From the NCBI GenBank assembly GCA_030591685.1, contig JAUVAX010000028.1, positions 1 through 33,730 on the forward strand: a DNA stretch of 33,730 bases, read 5' to 3'. This document shows positions 1 through 8,791 of this stretch, piece by piece. The DNA is from Pseudobdellovibrionaceae bacterium. Its GTDB lineage: Bacteria > Bdellovibrionota > Bdellovibrionia > Bdellovibrionales > UBA1609. Every line of letters begins with the position of its first letter. The first letter of the stretch is position 1. Under the pieces are notes generated by a model. That model was not told the origin of the DNA. It saw only the letters and a list, made by a program, of their open reading frames with translations, and searched no databases. The translations under genes were made by a program, and so were the position numbers.

Positions 1-2
1 CC

Positions 3-1916
3 ATTAATGAGGCACTTGAAAAAAAAATGATCTCAAAATCTGATATCCCGACACATAATCAAAACTACCCTGTTGTTTATAAAGACCCTTCAAATGCTGA
101 GAATCAAAAAGATTCAGCTCACCCCGATGACGCTGAAGAAAAAGACACCTGGTACACCGAAGCTAACTTACAAGCCCTTGAAAAAGCACTGATTACAGAT
201 GTGGATTTAGAAGTTAAAGAGCAGCTTGTTACTCATCTATTAGATATTGAAACCTCAAGTGTGGTGCTCATCGGAAAGTCCGGAGTTGGGAAAAAAACAC
301 TAGTCAATAACATCGCCACTGATTTATTAAAAAACAACGTCCCCTTGCCTCTTAAGGACCATGAGGCTTACTACGTCACGGCCAGTGGACTCACTGGAGG
401 TACAAAATTTAGAGGTGAGTTTGAAGAGCGCCTTGAAAGAATGGCTCAAATAAGCCGTGAGAAAAAAGTAATCTGGATTATTGATAACATACATACCCTT
501 AAAAATAAGGGGACCCATGACGGTCAACCCGATGGGGCCTTTGATATGCTCTCTACACATATGAGTGATGGCACTATAAAGATCATAGGTATATCTACAA
601 GCCATGACTATTATCACACCTTTGATGACCCTGTCATTCAGCGACTATTACCAACCGTGGCCCTTGGAGCAATGTCTGAAGATAAAATCAGACTGGCTGT
701 AAAGAATTTTATTCAAGTAAAATACAACGCTGAAGTCTCTCAAGAGGCTCTTGAAACCCTTATAGAAACCGTAGATAAGCATGATGTTGTAAATTCAGCC
801 CCTGCTAAGTACACAGATTTAATAAGAAAGATAATGGCTAAAAAAATCTATCAAAATTTAGAAACAACATTTAATAGCGAAGACATTGTTAAATACGCCA
901 TCAAATACTATAAGGCCGATAAACGAGAGTACGATAACAAGCAGTACAAAGAACTTTACAACACACTTAAAGTCAATTTAGACAAAAGCCTTATTGGTCA
1001 AACACATATTAAAGAGGCTTTATTAGAGTCCACGTTACATGTTTTAACAAATAGCTATGATCACTCTAAGCCAAGGTATTTTTTAATGTTTGATGGCCCT
1101 AAAGGTTTAGGTAAAACTGAGGCCGTTAAAATATTAGAACAGTCTTTTAACTATCCTGTTAAAAGAATCAGCATGGGGCAGTATAAAACAGCAAAATCAG
1201 GAGATATAGAAGACATAAAAAGACAGATATTTCAGGCTATGAATGAAAGCCCACAGTCTATTTTATTTTTTGATGAAGTGGATAAATCGCCCCTTCAAAT
1301 ACAAGATGGTCTACTCGATGTATTTGATAGCCGTACTTTTGATGTACGAATTGGCGATACCGCAAATCCGAGAACGGTATCTGTGGACATCTCTAAGGCC
1401 ATGGTGTTTTTTGGGAGTAATGCAGGGACTGAGTACGTACTCAATAAAACCGCCACATCTAAATCTATTGGGTTTCATAAAAGTGAAGTCCCTACATCTA
1501 CAGAGTTTAATTTTGAAGAGTTTAAAAATTATATAGAGCAAACGGGTAAAATCTCATCCCCTCTACTTAGTCGAATTGTAAAAGTTATCCCAGCAATCCC
1601 CCCTAGCCAAAATGAATTTAAAGGCGTACTTGATCTTCATATAAAAAGTGCCGTTAAAGAAATAGAGATTGAAAATAAAATTAAGATCTATATGTCTCAG
1701 TCCCAAAGAGAGTTGCTGCTCGATAGCTTAACTGATAAATATTATAGTGAAAGCCGAGATAACCGTGTTTTTGGGCACATTAACGATGCCATCAGGACGC
1801 CATTTGCTGAAGAGCGATTAGAGAGCTTTGATCAAGTCAGCTACGAAATGACCTCTGATGGTGAAAGATCTAAATTTACCCCCACAACCAACACCTGCCG
1901 ATTTTTATTTAATTAA
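3..1916 (+). CDS. Divergent ClpA/ClpC-like Hsp100 double AAA+ ATPase, probably 5'-truncated by the window edge
   Basis: Frame is open from position 3 (ORF track starts at ATG 27). NBD1: GKSGVGKKT, pore loop GTKFRGEFEERL, Walker B IIDNIH. NBD2: LIGQ, GPKGLGKT, LFFDEVDK, and a KSIGF loop. Confidence 0.8.
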   Translation: MNEALEKKMISKSDIPTHNQNYPVVYKDPSNAENQKDSAHPDDAEEKDTWYTEANLQALEKALITDVDLEVKEQLVTHLLDIETSSVVLIGKSGVGKKTLVNNIATDLLKNNVPLPLKDHEAYYVTASGLTGGTKFRGEFEERLERMAQISREKKVIWIIDNIHTLKNKGTHDGQPDGAFDMLSTHMSDGTIKIIGISTSHDYYHTFDDPVIQRLLPTVALGAMSEDKIRLAVKNFIQVKYNAEVSQEALETLIETVDKHDVVNSAPAKYTDLIRKIMAKKIYQNLETTFNSEDIVKYAIKYYKADKREYDNKQYKELYNTLKVNLDKSLIGQTHIKEALLESTLHVLTNSYDHSKPRYFLMFDGPKGLGKTEAVKILEQSFNYPVKRISMGQYKTAKSGDIEDIKRQIFQAMNESPQSILFFDEVDKSPLQIQDGLLDVFDSRTFDVRIGDTANPRTVSVDISKAMVFFGSNAGTEYVLNKTATSKSIGFHKSEVPTSTEFNFEEFKNYIEQTGKISSPLLSRIVKVIPAIPPSQNEFKGVLDLHIKSAVKEIEIENKIKIYMSQSQRELLLDSLTDKYYSESRDNRVFGHINDAIRTPFAEERLESFDQVSYEMTSDGERSKFTPTTNTCRFLFN

Positions 1917-1939
1917 TTTTAAGGGTTTTGTAGATAGGC

Positions 1940-2263
1940 TCACATATCACCCAAATCAGAGTTATAAATCAAAGGGGCCACATCAAAATATTTTTCACTT
2001 GGTACTAATATTTGAGACATTAAAATATCATTAACGTATATTTTATACTCACCAGGCTGTACTTTCATATGGTACATTCCATCGTATCCGGTCATATCGT
2101 GAAAACACTTGTCTCCACACATAGATACTTTTGCCATATTCATTGGAGCAATAACTCCTCTCAAATTCATATCGATACGCCCGCTAGCGCCTGTAATACT
2201 ATAATCACCTGCATTTGCTATTAAGGGTAAAAATAGTAGTAAAACTTTAAAGATATTCTTCAT
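1940..2263 (-). CDS. Small secreted hypothetical protein (beta-rich, possibly carboxypeptidase-regulatory-like fold)
   Basis: 107-aa ORF, Sec-type signal MKNIFKVLLLFLPLIANA, AGGAGG RBS at 2269-2274, PGEYKIYV motif. Confidence 0.7.
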   Translation of the reverse strand: MKNIFKVLLLFLPLIANAGDYSITGASGRIDMNLRGVIAPMNMAKVSMCGDKCFHDMTGYDGMYHMKVQPGEYKIYVNDILMSQILVPSEKYFDVAPLIYNSDLGDM

Positions 2264-2286
2264 AGTGACCTCCTGAGCTCTAATTG

Positions 2287-2303
2287 AGCAAATTATATGC
2301 CAA
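2287..2303 (-). promoter_or_regulatory. Putative sigma-54 (-24/-12) promoter for the 1940..2263 gene
   Basis: Minus strand TTGGCATATAATTTGCT = TGGCA-N6-TTGC with exact GG-N10-GC spacing. IHF-like AATCAGAGTTTTA at 2342-2354. Confidence 0.55.
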
Positions 2304-2385
2304 CCATACAGTTGGTACTACATAAATTAAAAGTGTCAAGAAATCAGAGTTTTAGCCATTTTTGTCACTTATTTTGTATCTGGAG

Positions 2386-2985
2386 TTAGTTTTTTTGAAT
2401 AATTGCTTTAATAGCGTCCATTGTTTCTCTCCAGCTATTTTCACTATTAACAATCAACTGGGTTTCATTGGCCCATTGAGGGAAGCGTTTTATGTCCTCT
2501 TTATAACAGCCCACATCTGCACCATTTGTTCTATGGCTTAGGTTTGTAGACCAACAGCCTGGAGCGGTGGACTCATAGAGGTTTTTATAAATTTTGTTGT
2601 AACCATAAATAGTGAGATCATTCATGTTTTTTGGCATTTTGTTTGTAAAAGATTTTGAGAAGGCAAGGAGATCAATATCTTGTTTTACAAAACTTCGAGA
2701 TATATTCTCCTGATAAAAATGTATAATGCCAAATTTAGATGAAATGATAGTAAAGCTTTTGGCTTTATATTTTTTTTTAGGGTAGCAGTAGTTTTTTAGT
2801 ACCGCAAAGTGATCACTGACATATAAGCAACTTTGAGTGGAGTAGTACCCAAAAACTTTACCACGCTCTTTGAATCTAAAATTTTCAGCGTTCATTGTGC
2901 TTAAAATATCTTTGATTAAATAGGCTTTGTTTTGAGCCCATACTGGGCTTGAGAAAATAAAAATAAAACAAAATAAAATTTTCAT
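2386..2985 (-). CDS. Secreted hypothetical protein
   Basis: 199-aa ORF with signal peptide MKILFCFIFIFSSPVWA, GAGGGG RBS, four Cys in the mature part. Confidence 0.7.
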   Translation of the reverse strand: MKILFCFIFIFSSPVWAQNKAYLIKDILSTMNAENFRFKERGKVFGYYSTQSCLYVSDHFAVLKNYCYPKKKYKAKSFTIISSKFGIIHFYQENISRSFVKQDIDLLAFSKSFTNKMPKNMNDLTIYGYNKIYKNLYESTAPGCWSTNLSHRTNGADVGCYKEDIKRFPQWANETQLIVNSENSWRETMDAIKAIIQKN

Positions 2986-3147
2986 TTAAAATACCCCTCT
3001 TTAATCAATAAACTGTACCGCTTAATTTTACCTATAAAAATACTTATTAGTCAGGTACTTATTTTAAACTCCTGCTGTGCCCCATATATTAATGACAAAC
3101 ACTTTATTTTTTATATAAATCATAAATTAGGGCTCATAAAAAGGCCC

Positions 3148-3921
3148 TTAGGAGTAGAATTTCTTTATAGAATCCCATATTTTTTTATTAGTCATCTCTT
3201 TACCTATGAGATAAATAGTTACAAAATCTTTACTTTTTGGCTTATTTTTAAGTAAAGGGCTTGGATTATAGCCCCGCCCGCCGTACTCACTGAGCCATAG
3301 GTTTCTGAGTGATAGGGAGTTTGAGATCAGGTATTTGTCCTGTATCTCTGGCTCTCCCTCATGCAACCTATTAAACTCGTATGTGCTTAATATTTGATAT
3401 TTATTATTAATATTCACAGGATCAATGGTTTGGTAGCCCAGAGGGATGGAGTGGCTTAGTTTTTGTTTACCAGGCACCTGAAAGGTAAAAATAAAGTCTA
3501 ACTCTCCTCGAGAGAACCTTTGCTCGATCTCTAACTGATCCCAAACATGCACATGGATTTTATTCACAGCAGTGCTGTCTAAAAGATATTTACATAGGGC
3601 TATGGAGTACTCACTTAAGCCTTCAAGCGTTGCGATATGAAGCTCCTTTGGTATGTCATCAAGAAGCTGAGACCTAATGTCGGCCTCTAGTTGCCTTTGT
3701 GAGTGCACAAAAATTTCGGCGAGTTTAAAGGCTATTGGAGTCCAGCTGGATTTTCTCTTCACGGTCCGATCAAGAAGTATAATATTAAACTCGTCCTCTA
3801 GCTTAGAGATCAACCTTGAGAGCTGCGGCTGACTTAACCCCACGAACTTACTGGCTGCAGTTAAATTTTTATAGTGTATGCTTTTTGCTAATACAGTCAG
3901 CGGCCAAGTGTTTGGGGTCAT
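3148..3921 (-). CDS. LysR family transcriptional regulator (short effector domain)
   Basis: N-terminal HTH signature NLTAASKFVGLSQPQLSRLISKLEDEFNIILLDRT; GELDF motif; 257 aa. Confidence 0.9.
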   Translation of the reverse strand: MTPNTWPLTVLAKSIHYKNLTAASKFVGLSQPQLSRLISKLEDEFNIILLDRTVKRKSSWTPIAFKLAEIFVHSQRQLEADIRSQLLDDIPKELHIATLEGLSEYSIALCKYLLDSTAVNKIHVHVWDQLEIEQRFSRGELDFIFTFQVPGKQKLSHSIPLGYQTIDPVNINNKYQILSTYEFNRLHEGEPEIQDKYLISNSLSLRNLWLSEYGGRGYNPSPLLKNKPKSKDFVTIYLIGKEMTNKKIWDSIKKFYS

Positions 3922-3925
3922 ATTT

Positions 3926-3946
3926 AATATGTATCATATGTATATT
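3926..3946. promoter_or_regulatory. Putative LysR binding site (T-N11-A dyad)
   Basis: AATAT-GTATCATATGT-ATATT: T-N11-A core with 5-bp inverted arms, 4 nt upstream of the lysR start codon. Confidence 0.5.
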
Positions 3947-3964
3947 TAAATTCATACTATTCAT

Positions 3965-3993
3965 TTTACAAATTTCAAGCTATCGACTAAAGT
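3965..3993 (+). promoter_or_regulatory. Putative sigma-70 promoter divergent from lysR
   Basis: TTTACA-N17-TAAAGT, implying a transcription start near 4000. Confidence 0.45.
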
Positions 3994-3999
3994 CTTAAT

Positions 4000-4165
4000 A
4001 AGTTCAGTATTGGGGTGGGGCTTAAGTTTCTAAAGAGAGCCGCCAAAGGGGATTAACAGCTCACGTACAGCAAAATTGCCGCCAAGGGGGCATGCATGTT
4101 TAGGTACAAAGTGAGCTGAGTTGAGTCGTTACACTTAGGCCGGGGGGCCTAAGTGTTAAGTCTCT
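4000..4165 (+). ncRNA. Candidate small RNA / structured leader divergent from lysR
   Basis: GC-richer non-coding island. Repeated GCCGCCAA(A/G)GGGG at 4039-4051 and 4078-4090; stem CAGCTCAC 4057-4064 / GTGAGCTG 4111-4118; terminal 11-bp hairpin. Confidence 0.45.
4131..4156. terminator. Perfect 11-bp hairpin (terminator-like, weak U-tract)
   Basis: ACACTTAGGCC-GGGG-GGCCTAAGTGT. Confidence 0.5.
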
Positions 4166-4399
4166 TTACAGGCCTTATAGTGACACCTATATTTTACAAA
4201 TTTTACTCCTTCATGCCCCAAAAAAAATGGACAAAGCCCTACATACCTCTTACCCAAACAAACATAAAAGGTTTACTCCCCATATCTTTGCAAAACAACC
4301 AATCCCCTCTAGACAAAAGCCCCTTAGTTTAAAAAATATTTAACGTCTTTTCCTTTCTAACGTACCATGTAAATACAGCATCAATGAGGAGCTACAACT

Positions 4400-4777
4400 G
4401 TGCTTAAATTTATATTCATGTTCTGTTTATTAGTCCCATTAATAGGTTGCTCACTCTATCAATCCGATGGGAAAAAAATTTTAAAATCTGATGCTTTTAA
4501 TAATTTTGTATTAAATAACGTAGAGCTAAAGACTCATTTTAAAACGTGTCGACAAACCAACACTGACCCTGAATTTTTAAATAACCCTTTAATTGATGAA
4601 TTTTCAATCACAGCTAACCTTTCAGGCTTCTTAGACGCGCTTAACTTTTACTCCTACAAACGCATACAAAAACAACACTTTTATTGTCAGAGTTCTATTC
4701 AGCAATTAAATAAAGAGCAAAACCCTTTTATATTAGTCGAAAAGTTCAATCAACTCGTTAAGGAGTATATAAAGTGA
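4400..4777 (+). CDS. Hypothetical lipoprotein
   Basis: GTG start after GAGGAG; hydrophobic N-terminus ending in lipobox-like LIGC. Confidence 0.65.
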   Translation: MLKFIFMFCLLVPLIGCSLYQSDGKKILKSDAFNNFVLNNVELKTHFKTCRQTNTDPEFLNNPLIDEFSITANLSGFLDALNFYSYKRIQKQHFYCQSSIQQLNKEQNPFILVEKFNQLVKEYIK

Positions 4778-5649
4778 ATGTTTTCAAAAGCACCACTCTC
4801 ACTTCAGTGTTTATTTTATTATTTTTTATAGTTGGCCTGCCCGCTCATAGTGGAAAGGTGGTTAAAGTTAAAAAAAAATTAGTCGTCATCAAGCTCTCTA
4901 AAAAAGAGGCTAGGAGATATAAACCGAACCTCATCCTAAACGCTTACACAAAGCGTGGAAAAAAAAGAGGACAAATTAAGATCCTAAAGATAAGAAAACG
5001 AAAAGCCGTTGGGCGCATACTTTCAGGTAAAGTGAAGCGATCTTATTTTGTAAAACGAGCCTCTAAAAAGCGTAAAAAAATAACTCGTCGCAGAAAAAAG
5101 GGAGCCTCCAAGAATTATGAAATCACCAATGACGATAGCTCCAGAAATACATATCTCGGCGTACTCACAGGAATGAGTCAAAACACACTTGAAACCATCT
5201 TTGCCGGAAACCCAAAAACTTTAACCGGCAGCAGCACGGGGATAAAAATGTTTTATGACTGGCCCCTGTGGGATTCTATTTGGGTCAGGCTCTCCGGAGG
5301 CCTTCAACCCTTCACTGTTGACGGCGGGTGTCCAACAGAGTGCAAAGTAAATATTAGTTACATCACGTTTGATGGACTTATGAAGTATATGATTTCTAAA
5401 AATAAATGGCGCTTTTGGGTGGGGGGGTTTTTCTCAGCTCTAGTACCCATGAGCGTTGATGACTCCACTGTTCTCAATAAAGACTCCATCGCAACAACAA
5501 GTAATTTTGGTGGAGCTCTTGGCCTTGATTATGCCCTCAGCGACAGCTATATGATCCCTTTATCTGTTGGGTATGGGCTATTCCCTGACGGGCCCGACTC
5601 AAAATCTAATGCTGTAACTGTATCTATTGGTTTTGGATTTAAATGGTAA
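4774..5649 (+). CDS. Outer-membrane beta-barrel protein with very basic N-terminal domain
   Basis: Signal peptide, Lys/Arg-rich segment, alternating beta-strands, C-terminal VSIGFGFKW aromatic barrel signature. Confidence 0.7.
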   Translation: MNVFKSTTLTSVFILLFFIVGLPAHSGKVVKVKKKLVVIKLSKKEARRYKPNLILNAYTKRGKKRGQIKILKIRKRKAVGRILSGKVKRSYFVKRASKKRKKITRRRKKGASKNYEITNDDSSRNTYLGVLTGMSQNTLETIFAGNPKTLTGSSTGIKMFYDWPLWDSIWVRLSGGLQPFTVDGGCPTECKVNISYITFDGLMKYMISKNKWRFWVGGFFSALVPMSVDDSTVLNKDSIATTSNFGGALGLDYALSDSYMIPLSVGYGLFPDGPDSKSNAVTVSIGFGFKW

Positions 5650-5654
5650 GAGTC

Positions 5655-7871
5655 TTATCCCCTTGTGATACGGCTCACCCCGATGATGCCTTTAATCTTC
5701 TTTAAAGACATCATTGTTTTATCTAAGTGATTTGCATCTTTAACAGAAACATCAAAAATACAAACAGCCTTCTTGTCTTTAGTGGTTCTAATTTGAGCAT
5801 TGTGAATACTCACTCCGTGAGCAATAAAAACCTCAGTCATATCTTTTAACAAACCATGGGTGTCGTAACTCGTCACCCGAACTTTTACGTGTCGGCCACT
5901 GCCTTCTTGCCCTGTCCACTCCACTCCGACTTTACGATCAGAGTCAAACTCAAACGACTTCGCACAGTCGGCACGATGTATTACTATGCCTCGACCTAAA
6001 GTAATAAACCCCAAAATAGGGTCCCCAGGTATAGGACTACAGCATTTTGCAAAACGAACAAGTACGTCACTCATTCCGTCCACATCTATTAAGCTTGTTG
6101 ATTTTTTCTTCTTTTTAAATGTAGAGTTTATAACTCTCTCAAAAATATTTCCTTCATTAGTTTTATTGCTCTGTTCCTCCTTAGACATAAAGAACTCAAG
6201 GATAGTTTTTGGCATGAGCTTCCCGTACCCTACCTTGATATAAACATCACTTTCAGTAGAACACCCGTTATCTTTTAAAAATTTTTCAAACTCATGTCCT
6301 TTAAAAAATCTATTGGTACTCCCTCCTGACTTTCTAAAAGTTTTCTCTACTAACTCTTTACCTAAAGCATAGGCTCTTTCTCTTTGCTCTTTTTTTACAA
6401 AGGCACGAATTTTAGAACGAGCTTTTGAGGTGACACTGTAATTTAACCAATCTTTAGATGGGGTTTGATTTTTTGAGGTGATCACCTCAATACTGTCTCC
6501 ATTTTGCAGTTGGTATTTTAAAGCAACGAGCTTTCCGTTCACTCTTGCCGCAACGATATGATGACCAACATCTGTATGCACTGAAAAGGCAAAATCAATA
6601 GGTGTGGCCCCCTCAGGGAATTCTTTCACATCTCCTTTTGGGGTGAAAACATAAATTTCTGTTTCAAATAAGTCAGTTTTAATGTTTTCAAGGAACTCAT
6701 CTGAACTTTGAGTTTGCTGATGGAGTGAGATAAGTTCTCTCAACCAATTGTATTTTTGGATGATCTCATCATTTGCTGAAGCTCCGGCAGCATCCCCCTC
6801 TTTATAACTCCAATGAGCAGCGATGCCCTTTTCGGCTATAATATGCATTTCTTCAGTTCGTATTTGAATTTCTATACGCTCTGCGCCCGGCCCAATAACT
6901 GTCGTGTGCAAGCTTTGATAGTTATTGGCCTTGGGCATGGCAATAAAATCTTTAAACCGACCCGGTATGGGCTTCCATAAAGAGTGCACAAGACCCAGTA
7001 TTTCATAACAAGAGGGTATTGAGTTCACAATAACCCTAAAAGCTAAAACATCAAAAACCTGCTCGTAGTCAATACTTTGCATTTTCATTTTTTTATATAT
7101 TGAGTAGAGGTGCTTGGGTCGACCTTGCACTTCAAAATTTACGTCCGATCGGCTCCCAAACTCTTGAGTGATTGTTCTTCGAACATCATCAATATATTTT
7201 TCACGTTCCTTTTTCTTTTTTGCAACCTTTTGGGCCAACTCATAATACATGTCAGGATACGCGTACCTAAAACTTAAATCCTCAAGTTCAATTTTGATTG
7301 AGTTAATCCCTAGTCGACTGGCCAAGGGGGCGTATATATCAAAAGTCTCTTGAGCAATACGTGCTTGCTTCTGATAAGGCATATGATTTAACGTGCGCAT
7401 GTTATGCAAACGATCAGCTAATTTAACTAAAATAACTCGAACATCCTTGCCCATAGCTACAATCATTTTTCTAATATTCTCACCCTGCTTTTCATGGGTG
7501 TTGCTAAATTTCATTTGAGTTATTTTAGTAATACCATCTACTAAATGTGATGTGGTTTTACCAAAAGTGTCTTCAATGTCTTGAAGAGTTATATCTGTGT
7601 CCTCTACTGTGTCGTGCAGAAGACCTGTTATTATAGTCGAAATATCTAACTTTAACTCGGCTAAGATATACGCGACACTCAGGGGGTGTTGTATATATGG
7701 CTCACCACTTCGACGGACCTGGCCCTCATGAGCTGCTTTTGAAAAATCATAGGCACTTTTAATCAGCTGAATGTCATTTTGAGTGTAATCACTCTTTACA
7801 GCTTCAATAAATTCATCAATATTTGTCGGTATTTTATTTGTTGTTTTACCTTCAAAGGTGGATTCACTCAT
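5655..7871 (-). CDS. relA: Bifunctional (p)ppGpp synthetase/hydrolase (Rel/SpoT)
   Basis: HD hydrolase motif LLHDTVED, synthetase GRPKHLYSIYKKM and YQSLHT, TGS domain (TPIDFAF), CC zinc region (AKCCSP), C-terminal ACT. Confidence 0.97.
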   Translation of the reverse strand: MSESTFEGKTTNKIPTNIDEFIEAVKSDYTQNDIQLIKSAYDFSKAAHEGQVRRSGEPYIQHPLSVAYILAELKLDISTIITGLLHDTVEDTDITLQDIEDTFGKTTSHLVDGITKITQMKFSNTHEKQGENIRKMIVAMGKDVRVILVKLADRLHNMRTLNHMPYQKQARIAQETFDIYAPLASRLGINSIKIELEDLSFRYAYPDMYYELAQKVAKKKKEREKYIDDVRRTITQEFGSRSDVNFEVQGRPKHLYSIYKKMKMQSIDYEQVFDVLAFRVIVNSIPSCYEILGLVHSLWKPIPGRFKDFIAMPKANNYQSLHTTVIGPGAERIEIQIRTEEMHIIAEKGIAAHWSYKEGDAAGASANDEIIQKYNWLRELISLHQQTQSSDEFLENIKTDLFETEIYVFTPKGDVKEFPEGATPIDFAFSVHTDVGHHIVAARVNGKLVALKYQLQNGDSIEVITSKNQTPSKDWLNYSVTSKARSKIRAFVKKEQRERAYALGKELVEKTFRKSGGSTNRFFKGHEFEKFLKDNGCSTESDVYIKVGYGKLMPKTILEFFMSKEEQSNKTNEGNIFERVINSTFKKKKKSTSLIDVDGMSDVLVRFAKCCSPIPGDPILGFITLGRGIVIHRADCAKSFEFDSDRKVGVEWTGQEGSGRHVKVRVTSYDTHGLLKDMTEVFIAHGVSIHNAQIRTTKDKKAVCIFDVSVKDANHLDKTMMSLKKIKGIIGVSRITRG

Positions 7872-7892
7872 ATATAAACGCCCTCAACTCAT

Positions 7893-7919
7893 TTATCGGC
7901 AGTAAAATTAAGGGATTAA
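7893..7919 (-). promoter_or_regulatory. Putative sigma-28 (FliA) promoter upstream of rel
   Basis: Minus strand TTAA-N15-GCCGATAA with a perfect -10 octamer, 21 nt before the rel ATG. Confidence 0.55.
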
Positions 7920-7957
7920 AGTATATAACACTTTTTATGATCTATGATTTGCAATAA

Positions 7958-8197
7958 TCAACGCCTTAAATCGGCTTCAATTTCTTCAAGTGCAGTTAAC
8001 TCTGTATTCCCTCGATTTAACTTTACAGTCCCCTCAGCCACTTCTCTTAACGCAACAACAACTTGCTTGTTATCACTTTTTTTCACAGTGGGGTCATCAC
8101 CCTTAATGAGTTGCTTCGCTCTTTTTGCTACGAGCAATACGAGTGAAAATCGATTACTTACTTTATCTAAACAATCCTCAACAGTAATTCTAGCCAC
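7958..8197 (-). CDS. rpoZ: RNA polymerase omega subunit
   Basis: [30 protein letters not shown]; located between gmk and rel. Confidence 0.97.
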   Translation of the reverse strand: MARITVEDCLDKVSNRFSLVLLVAKRAKQLIKGDDPTVKKSDNKQVVVALREVAEGTVKLNRGNTELTALEEIEADLRR

Positions 8198-8227
8198 AAT
8201 GCTCTCCTTTAAGATAAGCCAAACAAG

Positions 8228-8791
8228 CTACTTTGCATTCAAATAATCTTCAATCATTTTCTTGAATTCACCGTAGGATCTATCAAAATCATCATTTATA
8301 AGCTGCGCGTCAAACTCATCTGCCACGATCATTTCTTTCTCTGCATTTTTTAACCTAAGGTCCAGGTCGGCTGAGTTCTCACCATCTCTTTTAGCCAAGC
8401 GTACTCGAAGCTCTTTCATACTTGGAGGCTTAATAAATATGGTATAGGCCTGAGGGTACTTAGACTTAATAGTCCTGGCCCCCTGAACATCTACATCCAT
8501 AATAATAGCCTTTTCGCGCTGCCACGAGGCTATAAACTGCTCATTGGAGCTTCCATAGTAACGCCCATGCACTTGGGCCCATTCGACAAAAAAATCTTTT
8601 TTAATACGATCCTCAAAGTCCTCAAGGCTAATGAAATGATAAGGGTCCCCATCTACATCACCCTCTCGTTTTAAACGAGTGGTGTAGGTTTTAAGGTCCT
8701 CTAGCTCAGCAAGCTCTGTGATGACCTTGTCTACAAAACTTGATTTACCAGAACCACTGGGGCCAATAACTATAATGATTGCCTGTTTCAT
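8228..8791 (-). CDS. gmk: Guanylate kinase
   Basis: P-loop GPSGSGKS, YTTR..R.G..DG..YHF, DVDVQGA. Confidence 0.96.
   Translation of the reverse strand: MKQAIIIVIGPSGSGKSSFVDKVITELAELEDLKTYTTRLKREGDVDGDPYHFISLEDFEDRIKKDFFVEWAQVHGRYYGSSNEQFIASWQREKAIIMDVDVQGARTIKSKYPQAYTIFIKPPSMKELRVRLAKRDGENSADLDLRLKNAEKEMIVADEFDAQLINDDFDRSYGEFKKMIEDYLNAK

Noticed and set aside
4096..4119. Seven-codon ORF MFRYKVS after AAGGGGG within the candidate sRNA
   Set aside because: Too short to support without conservation or ribosome profiling data.
4000..4165. Identification as SRP RNA, 6S RNA or a c-di-GMP riboswitch
   Set aside because: I could not find the diagnostic motifs of these families on either strand.
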